Translations under genes and position numbers: made by a program | Notes under the pieces: generated by a model | Databases searched by the model: none | What the model saw: only the letters and a program-made list of their open reading frames with translations | Told to the model about the DNA's origin: nothing | Assembly (NCBI GenBank): GCA_049668445.1 | Contig: JBATJK010000235.1 | Location: forward strand, 15,714 to 79,713 | Length of the DNA stretch: 64,000 nt | Reading direction: 5' to 3' | Source: Gemmatimonadota bacterium | Lineage (GTDB): Bacteria > Gemmatimonadota > Gemmatimonadetes > Palauibacterales > Palauibacteraceae | Shown here: in pieces, positions 49,073 to 58,884 of the stretch | Layout of the letters: every line of letters begins with the position of its first letter | How positions within the stretch are numbered: position 1 is the stretch's first letter

Positions 49073-50220
49073 ACGGCCGCCGGCTCCCCGACCGCGTTGT
49101 AGAGAGAATCACGCTCGACGGGCGTCTTACCGGCATCCCGGATAAGCCTCACGATCTCGTCGAGGTCGAGTCCGATGGGGGTATCGGCTCCAGCCGTGTG
49201 CGTGATTTTCTCGAGCACCACCGTGCCTTCCAGATCGTCGACTCCGAACGAAAGTGCGATCTGGGAGACCTTGGTGGTCACCATGATCCAGTGCGTCTTG
49301 ATGTGCGGAACGTTGTCCAGGAGAATGCGGCCTACCGCCAGGGCTTTCAGATCGTCCAGCCCGCCCGTCCGGTTCCCCTCCAGTCCCATCTCGCGTCCCA
49401 GGGCCGTGTTGTCAGGATGCCAGGCCAGCGGAATGAAAGTGCTGAAACCCCCGGTCTCATCCTGCAGGTCGCGCAACATGAGCATGTGGTCGACCCGGTC
49501 GGCCGACGACTCGACATGACCGTAAAGAAGCGTGCAGTTCGTCGGAATCGACAGTTCGTGGGCTTCCCGGTGCACCTGAAGCCACTCTTCCGCGGCCAGT
49601 TTCCTGTCCGCAATCGTCGAACGAACCGCGGGGCTGAACACTTCCGCACCCCCGCCAGGCATGGCGTCGAGCCCGGCGTCCTTCAACTCGCGGATCACAT
49701 CCTTCGTCGTCACTCCCTCGATACGGGCCAGGTGAGCGATCTCGACCGCGGTCAGGGCCTTTACGTGCACGTGCGGGTGTCGCTCCTTCAGCCCCCTGAC
49801 CATGTCCGTGTAGTAGGACAGCGGCAGTTTCGGATGCAGCCCACCCACGATATGGAACTCCCGCGTCGGGGAGTGCCGGGCCGCATCGGCTTCCGCGTAG
49901 ACCTCTTCAAGGCTCATGGTGTATGCGTCCTCAGCCACCGGACGCACTCCATATGAGCAGAACACGCAGACCTTGTTGAGGATGCAGACGTTGGTGGGGT
50001 TGATGTGCTGGTTGGCGACATAATACACCCGGTCCCCGTTCAGGCGCCGGTTCACCAGATCAGCCATGCTGCCGACCGCAAGGAGGTCGTCCGTCTCGAA
50101 CAGCGCGATCGCATCCGCGCGAGAAATCCGTTCGCCGGCCTCGACCTTCTCCGCGATCGAGATCAACTCCGGTGCCTGTGGCCTGACGCTCAACTCACCT
50201 TCGATCCGGGGGTAGATCAC
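49069..50220 (-). CDS. Radical SAM enzyme of the MqnC/MqnE (CofH-like) family, second paralog
   Basis: 383 aa. Cys cluster CILNKVCVFCSY. Homologous along its length to the adjacent gene. ATGA overlaps with both the fabF stop (50217-50220) and the downstream paralog (49069-49072). Confidence 0.78.
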   Translation of the reverse strand: MIYPRIEGELSVRPQAPELISIAEKVEAGERISRADAIALFETDDLLAVGSMADLVNRRLNGDRVYYVANQHINPTNVCILNKVCVFCSYGVRPVAEDAYTMSLEEVYAEADAARHSPTREFHIVGGLHPKLPLSYYTDMVRGLKERHPHVHVKALTAVEIAHLARIEGVTTKDVIRELKDAGLDAMPGGGAEVFSPAVRSTIADRKLAAEEWLQVHREAHELSIPTNCTLLYGHVESSADRVDHMLMLRDLQDETGGFSTFIPLAWHPDNTALGREMGLEGNRTGGLDDLKALAVGRILLDNVPHIKTHWIMVTTKVSQIALSFGVDDLEGTVVLEKITHTAGADTPIGLDLDEIVRLIRDAGKTPVERDSLYNAVGEPAAV

Positions 50221-51473
50221 GATCCCTCCCAGGCCCGAACGGCCAGGGACACGTTGTGACCTCCGAAACCGAACGAGTTACTGAGTGCGGCGCGGACAGG
50301 CCCCTCGGTCGGGCCGTCGACACCATAGTTCAAATCGCACTCCGGATCGGGCGTCTCGTAGTTAATCGTCGGAGGGATCAGACCACGCTCGCATACGAGC
50401 AGCGAAACTCCGGCCTCAATGGCCCCCGCGGCCCCCAGCGTGTGTCCCGTCATGGACTTCGTGGAGCCGACGACGATCTCCCTCGCCCGGTCCCCCAGGA
50501 CAGCCTTGATTGCGGCCGTCTCAGAAGCGTCGTTGGCCGGTGTAGATGTGCCATGGGCGTTGATGTAGTCCACATCCGCCGCCTGCAACCCGGCGTCCTT
50601 CATGGCGAGGCGCATGGCCATCTGCGCTCCGGCGCCTCCAGGCGCCGGAGAAGTCATGTGATAGGCGTCCGCGGTCTGACCGAATCCCGCGATTTCTCCC
50701 AGGATGGTCGCGCCACGGGCCACCGCGTGCTCCATCGCCTCCAGGACGAGGATTCCTGCCCCTTCACCCAGCACGAATCCGTCGCGTGTCGCATCGAACG
50801 GCCGGGATGCGGTTTCGGGCGAATCGTTTCGAGCGGACAGGGCCTTCATGGACGCGAAGCCGGCGATACACAGAGGCGTGACGGTCGCTTCGGTGCCGCC
50901 CGTGATCATCAGGTCACTCTCACCCGTGCGGATGGACCGGAACGCCGCCCCCACCGCGTGACCGCTCGACGCGCACGCCGACACGGTGGCGTAGTTCGGC
51001 CCCTGGGCGCCGTACTTCATCGAGATCATGCCCGCGGCCATGTCGCCGATGAACATGGGGATGAAGAACGGAGAAACCCGGCCGGGGCCCTGACTCAACA
51101 GCTTCGCGTGCTGAGTTTCCATCGTCGTGAGCCCACCGATACCGCTGCCCACGATGACGCCGAATCGCTCGGGGGAAACGGAGTCGACGGCAGACTCGAT
51201 ATCCGCCTGCTCCGCGGCTTGATGGGCGGCGCCCATCGCCAGCTGCAGGAAGCGGTCGGCCCTCCGAACCTCCTTGCGGTCCATGTACTGCTCGGGGTCG
51301 AAGTCCTTGACCTCGCACGCGAACCGGACGGACTGATCGGAGGCGTCGAACTGCGTGATCGGCGCCCCACCGGAGCGACCCTCGATCAGCGCATCCCACG
51401 TCCCCTCGACATCAAGCCCAACCGGCGTGACAAGACCGAGGCCCGTGACGACCACGCGCCGTTGTTCCGACAT
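50217..51473 (-). CDS. fabF: 3-oxoacyl-ACP synthase II
   Basis: RRVVVTGLGLVTPVG, active-site C (ATVSACASSGHAVG), and His-His (HGTSTPANDASE...GHTLGAAG). 418 aa. Confidence 0.95.
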   Translation of the reverse strand: MSEQRRVVVTGLGLVTPVGLDVEGTWDALIEGRSGGAPITQFDASDQSVRFACEVKDFDPEQYMDRKEVRRADRFLQLAMGAAHQAAEQADIESAVDSVSPERFGVIVGSGIGGLTTMETQHAKLLSQGPGRVSPFFIPMFIGDMAAGMISMKYGAQGPNYATVSACASSGHAVGAAFRSIRTGESDLMITGGTEATVTPLCIAGFASMKALSARNDSPETASRPFDATRDGFVLGEGAGILVLEAMEHAVARGATILGEIAGFGQTADAYHMTSPAPGGAGAQMAMRLAMKDAGLQAADVDYINAHGTSTPANDASETAAIKAVLGDRAREIVVGSTKSMTGHTLGAAGAIEAGVSLLVCERGLIPPTINYETPDPECDLNYGVDGPTEGPVRAALSNSFGFGGHNVSLAVRAWEGS

Positions 51474-51502
51474 CCGAATCTCCTCCTCCTTGGGGTGGGA
51501 GG

Positions 51503-51736
51503 TTACTCCTTGTCCTGGAGATAGCGGATGGCGTCACCCACCGTCTGCATCTGCTCGGCGTCCTCGTCGGGGATCTCTACCCCGAACTCCTCCTCGAACG
51601 CCATCACCAGCTCGACCGTGTCGAGCGAGTCCGCTCCGAGGTCCTCAACGAAAGAGGCCTCGTCGGTCACTTTTTCCATCTCCACGCCAAGCTCGTTGGC
51701 GATGATCTCTCTGACTTTGTCAGCAGCGTCGGACAT
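51503..51736 (-). CDS. acpP: Acyl carrier protein
   Basis: 77 aa. [21 protein letters not shown], the phosphopantetheine-attachment serine motif. Confidence 0.95.
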   Translation of the reverse strand: MSDAADKVREIIANELGVEMEKVTDEASFVEDLGADSLDTVELVMAFEEEFGVEIPDEDAEQMQTVGDAIRYLQDKE

Positions 51737-51791
51737 AATCCAAACCTCTGTGTTGTTGTTTTGACTCTCCGGCGTCCTCTCGGGATGCCAG

Positions 51792-52526
51792 CTACATCAC
51801 CATGCCACCGTCTACCACCAGAACCTGTCCGGTTATGTAGGAGGCGGTCGGTCCCGCCAGGAAGCGTACCGCTCCCGCTATGTCCTCAGGGTTTCCGAAC
51901 CGTCCAAGCGGAATTCGCTCGAACAGCGCGTCGCGCGCCTCCTCGGGTAGAGATGCCGTCATGTCGGTCTCGATGAAGCCCGGCGCCACCACGTTCGCGA
52001 GCACTCCTCGGCCCGCAAGTTCCTGCGCCACCGACTTCGTGAACCCGATCAGGCCTGCCTTGGATGCCGCATAGTTGGCCTGTCCGCTGTTCCCCGTCAA
52101 GCCTACCACGCTGCTGATATTGATGATGCGGCCGCTCCGCCGCTTCATCATTCCTCGCGCGACGGCGCGGGTCGTGTTGAACGCCCCCCGGAGGTTTGTC
52201 TCCAGCACCGCTTCCCAGTCCTCGTCCTTCAAGCGGACGAGGATATTGTCTCTCGTGATGCCCGCGTTGTTCACCAGCACTTCGATCGGACCGAGTTCGT
52301 CCTGCACTGTGGCGAGGACGTCAGAACACTGCCCCGGGTTCGCCACGTCGCATGCCAGAGCAATTGCAGGTCCTTCGATGAGCGCTACGGTTTCGCGTGC
52401 CCTGTCCTCGGACCTGGCAACAACGGCTACGGAAGCCCCTGCCTGACCGAGCTCACAGGCGATGGCCCTACCGATTCCTCTAGAGCCTCCCGTGACGACG
52501 GCCACCTGACCTTCGAGTTCACGCAT
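51792..52526 (-). CDS. fabG: 3-oxoacyl-ACP reductase
   Basis: ATG at 52526 ([23 protein letters not shown]). SDR catalytic NAG...YAASKAG. The ORF to 52586 is an over-extension. Confidence 0.9.
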   Translation of the reverse strand: MRELEGQVAVVTGGSRGIGRAIACELGQAGASVAVVARSEDRARETVALIEGPAIALACDVANPGQCSDVLATVQDELGPIEVLVNNAGITRDNILVRLKDEDWEAVLETNLRGAFNTTRAVARGMMKRRSGRIINISSVVGLTGNSGQANYAASKAGLIGFTKSVAQELAGRGVLANVVAPGFIETDMTASLPEEARDALFERIPLGRFGNPEDIAGAVRFLAGPTASYITGQVLVVDGGMVM

Positions 52527-53472
52527 CGTCGCCCTCCTCCACGAGTGCTTGCACGGCGTCGAGTTCCTCGGGACCCCCGATCGCACGAACGTCCGCTCCC
52601 CGATCGATGCGGCGCATCAATCCGGTGAGCACCTTGCCCGGGCCCACCTCGATCCACCTGTCCGGCCGGGTTCCCTTCATCGCCTCGACGCATTCTACCC
52701 AGCGGACCGGTGACGTCAACTGCTCGATGAGCAACTCTCGAGCCTGAGCCGGTTCAGTGACTGGAACCGCCGCCGCGTTGGCCACGACCGGGAACCGGGC
52801 CTCCCGCACCTCCACCCCCTCGAGGGACAGGGCCAGGCCCTCGCGAGCCTCTTCCATCAGGGGAGAGTGGAACGCCCCACTCACATTGAGCGGGACCGCT
52901 CGCTTGGCCCCGGCCTCGAGAGCCCGCTCCCTGGCCACAGCGACCGCTTCAATGTCCCCACTGATCACGATCTGGCCCGGAGCGTTGTAATTCGCGGGCA
53001 CTACGGTGCCGTCCTGGACGCTCTCGCAGACCTCCCGAACCGCGTCCGGATCCAGGCCGATGACGGCCGCCATCGTACCGGGCCGGACCGTACCCGCCCT
53101 CCCCATGAGTTCGCCGCGCCTGCGAACCAGCCGAATCGCGTCCTCGAACGCCAGGGCACCCGCGGCGAGGTAAGCGGAGAACTCGCCCAGCGAATGGCCG
53201 GCGCCAACTGTCACACGCTCGCGCACTTCCTCCGGAAGGCAGACCCACACGGCGTAGCTGTGCAGCAGAATCGCCGGCTGGGCGTTCTCGGTGCGCGTCA
53301 GTTCTTCCTCGGGGCCCTCCCAACAGATCCGCCTGAGGTCGGTGCCCAGTACTTCGTTGGCCCGCTCGAACACATCAGCCGCACGGGCGTGGCTCTCGGC
53401 AAGCTCCCTGCCCATACCCACGAATTGAGAGCCCTGACCCGGCATCAGAAGAGCGATGCTGTTCCCACCCAC
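52519..53472 (-). CDS. fabD: Malonyl-CoA:ACP transacylase
   Basis: LLMPGQGSQFVGMG and GHSLGEFSA are the active-site motifs. GTG start at 53472 preceded by AGGGAG. The upstream 200-nt ORF extension is rejected. Its stop overlaps the fabG start. Confidence 0.85.
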   Translation of the reverse strand: MGGNSIALLMPGQGSQFVGMGRELAESHARAADVFERANEVLGTDLRRICWEGPEEELTRTENAQPAILLHSYAVWVCLPEEVRERVTVGAGHSLGEFSAYLAAGALAFEDAIRLVRRRGELMGRAGTVRPGTMAAVIGLDPDAVREVCESVQDGTVVPANYNAPGQIVISGDIEAVAVARERALEAGAKRAVPLNVSGAFHSPLMEEAREGLALSLEGVEVREARFPVVANAAAVPVTEPAQARELLIEQLTSPVRWVECVEAMKGTRPDRWIEVGPGKVLTGLMRRIDRGADVRAIGGPEELDAVQALVEEGDDA

Positions 53473-53528
53473 TGCCGTCTCCCTCGTTGAAGTGGAGCGA
53501 TACACGGGCGCCGATGGCGACCTGTCGG

Positions 53529-54539
53529 TCAGCGGCGGCGGATCCGTCTCCATACCCTCGCGCGCCTCGTGCTCGGCCCGAACTCTGACGCCATGTCCTC
53601 GACCATATCGGCCTCGAGGCAGACGCCCGCAACCCGGATGGCGTTCTTGATCGCCCGGGCGGAGGACCCGCCGTGACATATGATCGACACTCCGTTGACC
53701 CCGAGCAGCGGCGCTCCACCATACTCGGCGTAGTCGATCGTCCTGAACACTTCCTTGAAGCCCACCCCGTGCACCTCGGGGTCGAGCTGCGCTTTCATTA
53801 CTCCGGCTATGAAACCGGCCACCGATTCGTAGAACTTCAGCAGTACGTTCCCGACGAATCCGTCACACACCAGAACATCGCAGGCTCCCTGGACGATCCT
53901 GTGACCTTCGATGTTCCCGACGAAATTCAGGTCTTCGTCCTCCTGCAGCAGCCTGTGCGTCGCCACCGCCCGGGCTCCGCCCTTTGACGACTCCTCTCCC
54001 ACGTTCAACAGACCGACCCTGGGGCTCTCCAGCCCGAGCAGGTCTTTCATGTAGACCGAACCGAGCTGTGCGAACTGGAGCAAGTGCGAGGGGCGGGCGT
54101 CGATGTTGGCTCCCGAATCCACAACCAGGACCGGCGATCCAGACGTTGGGAACATCGTGCCCACGGTGGGTCGTTCCACACCCGGAAGCATCCCGAGAAG
54201 GAGGCGGGAAGCCGCCATCACGGCCCCGGTGGACCCGGCACTGATGAAGGCATCGACCTCGCCGGCCCGGAGCAGCCCGAGTCCGACCACGATCGAGCTG
54301 TCCGGCTTCCGCCGGATGGCGCGAACGGGAGATTCGTGCCCCTCGACTACCTCAGTGGCCGGAACGATCTGGATGGCGTCGGGGATCTCCGGGGGAAGGA
54401 CCTCCCGGATACTCTCGGGAATGCCCACGAGAGACATAGCGAACCTGTCGGGCCACTCCTGAACGGCAGACAGCGCGCCCTCGATGATGACTCGGGGCGC
54501 GCCGTCTCCTCCCATGGCGTCCAGCGCAATGCGCCACAT
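53529..54539 (-). CDS. plsX: Phosphate:acyl-ACP acyltransferase PlsX
   Basis: MWRIALDAMGGDGAP...ISAGSTGA... matches PlsX. rpmF-plsX-fabD-fabG-acpP-fabF order. Confidence 0.9.
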   Translation of the reverse strand: MWRIALDAMGGDGAPRVIIEGALSAVQEWPDRFAMSLVGIPESIREVLPPEIPDAIQIVPATEVVEGHESPVRAIRRKPDSSIVVGLGLLRAGEVDAFISAGSTGAVMAASRLLLGMLPGVERPTVGTMFPTSGSPVLVVDSGANIDARPSHLLQFAQLGSVYMKDLLGLESPRVGLLNVGEESSKGGARAVATHRLLQEDEDLNFVGNIEGHRIVQGACDVLVCDGFVGNVLLKFYESVAGFIAGVMKAQLDPEVHGVGFKEVFRTIDYAEYGGAPLLGVNGVSIICHGGSSARAIKNAIRVAGVCLEADMVEDMASEFGPSTRRARVWRRIRRR

Positions 54540-54566
54540 GTCGGACCACGCTCGGCTGCGGGTCGG

Positions 54567-54749
54567 TTAGAACTCTTCGGTTCGGACGATCTCCCGGTCA
54601 CCGTAGTGGCCGCACGTCGGGCACACGCGGTGAGGTCGTCGAGGATCTCCGCACTTCGGACACGCCTGGTGAGCCGTAGGCGCCGCGACGTGATGTGTGC
54701 GCCGCTTCCGCTTGCGCTGTTTCGAGGTCCGTCTCTTGGGTACTGCCAT
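54567..54749 (-). CDS. rpmF: 50S ribosomal protein L32
   Basis: MAVPKRRTSKQRKRKRRTHH...CPKCG....CPTCGHY. 60 aa. Confidence 0.9.
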   Translation of the reverse strand: MAVPKRRTSKQRKRKRRTHHVAAPTAHQACPKCGDPRRPHRVCPTCGHYGDREIVRTEEF

Positions 54750-54776
54750 GATACGACTCCCTATCCTTCGTTGCCG

Positions 54777-55337
54777 TCAATCTTCGCTATCTGGTTTGGC
54801 AGCCTCGGGCTGCCCATCCCACACCATCTGTTTCAGAACCGCCCAGCGATCGTCCCCCTGCTGCCGGGTACATCCGCAATCGGACTCGTTCAGGTCCGCT
54901 CCGCAGACCGGGCACAGTCCGCGGCAACCCTCCTGGCACACCGGATAATCGGGCATGGCCAGAACCCACTCCTCCCGGAGGGGGCGAACCAGGTCAACCG
55001 AGGCGGCGTTCGGGTCCAGAGTGAACACCCCGCCTTCTTCCTCCCACTCCCGCACCGCAGGGTCGAACCGGAAGTCGAAAGCGACCTCAATCGGCCACTC
55101 GATTTGCTCGAGACACCGCCGGCAGGTGAGCTTGAGCGTCGCCGTCAGGCGACCCGCCACCCGCACGCTACCACGCCCGCCCGCCTCGGCCCGATACTCG
55201 AGCAAAGGCTCGTCCACGGCCCCCAGCTCGTCGAGTCCCCAGGCACCCGGCTCAGCCGGCAGGTTTCCCGACCACTTCACCGGCCCGGCGCGAAGATCAT
55301 TCAGATCGACCCGTCCTGCCGGGAAGCCGCTATTCAT
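54777..55337 (-). CDS. yceD: YceD/DUF177 family protein (large-subunit rRNA accumulation)
   Basis: 186 aa. Two C-terminal Cys pairs (CRRCLE...CQEGCRGLCPVCGADLN..CGC). Conserved partner immediately upstream of rpmF. Confidence 0.8.
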   Translation of the reverse strand: MNSGFPAGRVDLNDLRAGPVKWSGNLPAEPGAWGLDELGAVDEPLLEYRAEAGGRGSVRVAGRLTATLKLTCRRCLEQIEWPIEVAFDFRFDPAVREWEEEGGVFTLDPNAASVDLVRPLREEWVLAMPDYPVCQEGCRGLCPVCGADLNESDCGCTRQQGDDRWAVLKQMVWDGQPEAAKPDSED

Positions 55338-55377
55338 AGCCCTTCATGTCTGCCTTGTCAATCATGACCATGCTCCT

Positions 55378-55803
55378 TCAACCGCGAAGTCGCTCCGTGC
55401 CTGCGAAGAAGAAGGAGATCTCGATTTCAGCGTTCTCCACCGAGTCCGAGGCGTGGATCGCGTTGCGCTCCTTACTCTCCGCATACAGGGCCCGAACCGT
55501 ACCCTCGTCGGCTTCCGCCGGGTCCGTCGCTCCGATCACGGCGCGGAGTTCGGGAACCGCGTTCTTGCGCCGAAGCAGGATCGGCATACACGGCCCCGAG
55601 GTCATGAACTCGACGAGCGAAGAGAAGAAGGGCCGCTCGCGGTGCACGGCATAGAAAGCCTGCGCCTCGGCAAGGGTCAGATGCTTCACGGCAGCCGCCA
55701 CCACCCGAAACCCGGCGTCCTCCAGGTGTGCGATGATGTGGCCCGCTTTTCCCGACCCGAACGCGTCCGGCTTGATGATCGTGAGAGTGTCCGTCTCGTT
55801 CAT
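55378..55803 (-). CDS. ndk: Nucleoside diphosphate kinase
   Basis: ATG at 55803. [10 protein letters not shown]...RPFF..L..FM.SGP...NAIHASDS (active-site H). The ORF to 55890 is an over-extension. Confidence 0.9.
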   Translation of the reverse strand: MNETDTLTIIKPDAFGSGKAGHIIAHLEDAGFRVVAAAVKHLTLAEAQAFYAVHRERPFFSSLVEFMTSGPCMPILLRRKNAVPELRAVIGATDPAEADEGTVRALYAESKERNAIHASDSVENAEIEISFFFAGTERLRG

Positions 55804-55826
55804 ATTGAAGGTGCCTCCAGTTGTGG

Positions 55827-56696
55827 CTAGAGTCTCGCCTCGATGAGACCCACCAGATCTGCCGGTCGTTCGGCCACCGCGATATCGCACTCACGAAACG
55901 CGCTCATCTTCTCGGCCGCCGTACCCTCGGATCCGGAAATGATCGCTCCCGCGTGCCCCATGCGCCGACCCGGCGGCGCCGTCTGACCCGCGATGAAGCC
56001 GACCACCGGCTTCGACATGTGGTCCCTGACGAATTCCGCGGCCACCTGCTCGTCCGTCCCGCCGATCTCCCCGATCATGGCAACGGCGCTGGTGTCCGGA
56101 TCCGCTTCGAACGCCCTGAGGCAATCCACGAAATCCGTACCGATCAACGGATCGCCTCCGATGCCGACGCACGTCGACTGGCCGATGCCGTGCCGGGTGA
56201 GCTGGAAGATGACCTCGTAGGTCAGCGTACCCGATCGACTCACGATTCCCACGGGTCCCGGAGTCACGATCTGGCCCGGGAGGATTCCGATCTTGCCAAT
56301 CCCCGGCGCAATCAGGCCAGGACAATTCGGACCGATCAGCCGGGCCCCCTTCTCGTGGACATAGGGAAGCGCGGTCATCATGTCAGCCACCGGGACTCCC
56401 TCGGTAATGCACACGATGAGGTCGACTCCCGCATCGGCCGCCTCGAAGATCGCGCTGGAGGCAAAGGCCGCGGGCACGTAGATCACGCTGGCATTGGCCC
56501 CCGTCTCCGATACGGCCGCGGCCACCGTGTCGAACACCGGGACCGTATCGTCGAAGACCTGACCACCCTTCCCCGGCGTCACTCCCGCGACGACGTTGGT
56601 TCCGTACTCGATCATCTGGCGCGTGTGAAAGGAACCGTCCCGTCCGGTGATCCCCTGCACGACCAGTCTGGTATCGCCATCAATGAATATGCTCAT
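55827..56696 (-). CDS. sucD: Succinyl-CoA synthetase alpha subunit
   Basis: [14 protein letters not shown]...SRSGTLTYE...GHAGAII(SG) matches SucD. Confidence 0.95.
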   Translation of the reverse strand: MSIFIDGDTRLVVQGITGRDGSFHTRQMIEYGTNVVAGVTPGKGGQVFDDTVPVFDTVAAAVSETGANASVIYVPAAFASSAIFEAADAGVDLIVCITEGVPVADMMTALPYVHEKGARLIGPNCPGLIAPGIGKIGILPGQIVTPGPVGIVSRSGTLTYEVIFQLTRHGIGQSTCVGIGGDPLIGTDFVDCLRAFEADPDTSAVAMIGEIGGTDEQVAAEFVRDHMSKPVVGFIAGQTAPPGRRMGHAGAIISGSEGTAAEKMSAFRECDIAVAERPADLVGLIEARL

Positions 56697-56737
56697 GCCT
56701 GAAAATCCTCTACGGTCTAATGCCGATTCCCGGTTGG

Positions 56738-57880
56738 CTAGCTCGACGTGCCCGCCGCCAGCGCGACGGCCCTCTTCACCACCTCGTCCATGTCCGTCAT
56801 GGCCTCGAACCCGTTCTCCTTCAGGATGTCGACGGCCAGGTCTTCGTTGGTGCCCGTCAGGCGGATCGCGATCGGAAGCTCCACGTCGATTCGGCGTGTG
56901 GCCTCGACTATCCCGTTGGCCACATCGTCACACCTCGTGATCCCGCCGAAGATATTGAACAGAATCGACTTGACGTTCGGGTCCGAGGTAATGATCTCGA
57001 AGGCCGTGACGACCTTGTCGGGATTGGATGAGCCCCCGATGTCCAGGAAGTTGGCCGGATCGCCGCCGTAGTGCTTCACGAGATCCATGGTAGCCATCGC
57101 CAGCCCCGCCCCGTTCACACAGCAACCGACATCCCCGTCCAGCTGGATGTAGCTCAGGCCCGCCTCACGGGCCTTGCGCTCGGCCGGATCCTCGGCCGCT
57201 TCGTCGCGCATCGCCGCCACATCCGGGAGCCTGAACAGGGCGTTGTCATCGATGTTCATCTTGGCGTCGATCGCCTTCACCTCACCACCGGGGGTCGAGA
57301 TCAGTGGGTTGATCTCCGCCAGCGTGCAACCGGCAGCCCGATACGCCTCGTAGAGTTGCATGATGATTCGGGCGGCCTGCCTGGCCAGCTTCGCGTCAGA
57401 ATACAGGCCATAGGCGAGCGCTGAGGCCTGGTGCGGCAGGAGACCGTAGCGGGCGTCCACCGCCAGCTTCTGAATCGCATCCGGATTGGTCGCGGCCACT
57501 TCTTCGATGTCGATCCCGCCTTCGGACGAGACCATGATGACGTCACTCTGGGATCCGCGGTCCATGACGATACCCAGGTAGGCCTCCGTCGCGATGTCCT
57601 CTGCGGGTGCGACCAGGACCTTCTCAACCGTGAGCCCCTTGATCTCGATCCCCAGGATGGCCTCCGCCTTTTCCCGCGCGTCGGCCGGATCAACGGCCAA
57701 CTTGACGCCGCCGGCCTTGCCGCGGCCTCCGGCGTGCACCTGAGCCTTCACCACGACCATTCCCCCGAACTCGGCCGCGATGCGCTCCGCTTCTTCCGGA
57801 GTCGTCGCGATCTCGCCCGGCGGAACCGGAACTCCATGAGCCCTGAGTATTTCCCTGGCTTGATACTCGTGAATGTTCAT
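56738..57880 (-). CDS. sucC: Succinyl-CoA synthetase beta subunit
   Basis: ATG at 57880 ([12 protein letters not shown]). ATP-grasp domain plus CoA-ligase C-terminal domain ([13 protein letters not shown]). The longer ORF to 58003 is rejected. Confidence 0.9.
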   Translation of the reverse strand: MNIHEYQAREILRAHGVPVPPGEIATTPEEAERIAAEFGGMVVVKAQVHAGGRGKAGGVKLAVDPADAREKAEAILGIEIKGLTVEKVLVAPAEDIATEAYLGIVMDRGSQSDVIMVSSEGGIDIEEVAATNPDAIQKLAVDARYGLLPHQASALAYGLYSDAKLARQAARIIMQLYEAYRAAGCTLAEINPLISTPGGEVKAIDAKMNIDDNALFRLPDVAAMRDEAAEDPAERKAREAGLSYIQLDGDVGCCVNGAGLAMATMDLVKHYGGDPANFLDIGGSSNPDKVVTAFEIITSDPNVKSILFNIFGGITRCDDVANGIVEATRRIDVELPIAIRLTGTNEDLAVDILKENGFEAMTDMDEVVKRAVALAAGTSS

Positions 57881-57902
57881 GACTGCCTTTGCCGTATCGT
57901 GT

Positions 57903-58877
57903 TCACTCAAACCCGCCGGAAGGAATACGGTCCGGCGTAACGGTCGTTCCCGATGTTCCGGCCAGGCCGGCCGGCCCCTCATGAAGAGCCGCGATGATCG
58001 CACGCTCTCCCCCGCCTTCGACGAAGTGCAGGGCCGCTTCGACTTTCGGCCCCATGCTCCCGGACCCGAGAGTCCCGGAGTCCATGAGAGCCCGAGCCTC
58101 CGAAGCCGTCATCCGGGACAACAGCCGGGCATCCGGCGTTCCCCAGTTCTCGTACACACCGTCCACGTCCGTCAGGATCAGCAGCACGGACGCTCCGATC
58201 TCATGCCCCAGAAGGGCGGCCGCCCGGTCCTTGTCGACCACCGCGTCCACACCCTCCAGGCCCAACTGCGGATCCAGGTATACCGGGATCCCTCCCCCAC
58301 CGGCAGCGATGACGATGTCCCCCCGGGCCACGAGTTCCGTCACCATCCGGGACTCGCATATCGCGACCGGAACGGGACTCGGCACGCGCCGTCTCAGATT
58401 TCCCCGTGAATCCGCCTCGATCCAGATGCCTTCTTCTCGCAGCTCTTCCGCCACCCCGGGTCGAATGCCCCGGCCGATGAACTTCGTCGGCTCGCGCATC
58501 GAAGGATCCTCGGGGTCGACCAGAGACTGGGTGATCAGGGTCACGACTCGCCGATCGCTTCCCGCGGCCTCCAGCGCATTCTGCAGTGACTGCTGAATCA
58601 TGTAGCCGATCCAGCCCGCGGTGGCGGCGACCAGCACCCCGAGAGGCAGCTGCTCCACCTTCGAACGCGCGACCTCATTGCGTTGCAGCTCGTCCCCTAC
58701 CTGCGGCCCGTTTCCATGAACGACCGCGATGTTCCATCCCTGCATGGCCAGGTCGACGATGGGCTCCATGCTGTCCCGGGTATGCCGGAACTGGTTGGCC
58801 ACCGAGGCCAGCTCCCCGGCCGGCGACAGGGCGTTCCCCCCAATGGCGACAACGACCGACCGTCCCTTTGCGCTCAC
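57903..58877 (-). CDS. arcC: Carbamate kinase
   Basis: GTG start at 58877, 8 nt after the upstream stop. VVVAIGGNAL...VVHGNGPQVG...IAAGGGGIPV (amino-acid kinase family, carbamate kinase-like). Confidence 0.78.
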   Translation of the reverse strand: MSAKGRSVVVAIGGNALSPAGELASVANQFRHTRDSMEPIVDLAMQGWNIAVVHGNGPQVGDELQRNEVARSKVEQLPLGVLVAATAGWIGYMIQQSLQNALEAAGSDRRVVTLITQSLVDPEDPSMREPTKFIGRGIRPGVAEELREEGIWIEADSRGNLRRRVPSPVPVAICESRMVTELVARGDIVIAAGGGGIPVYLDPQLGLEGVDAVVDKDRAAALLGHEIGASVLLILTDVDGVYENWGTPDARLLSRMTASEARALMDSGTLGSGSMGPKVEAALHFVEGGGERAIIAALHEGPAGLAGTSGTTVTPDRIPSGGFE

Positions 58878-58884
58878 GGACGCA

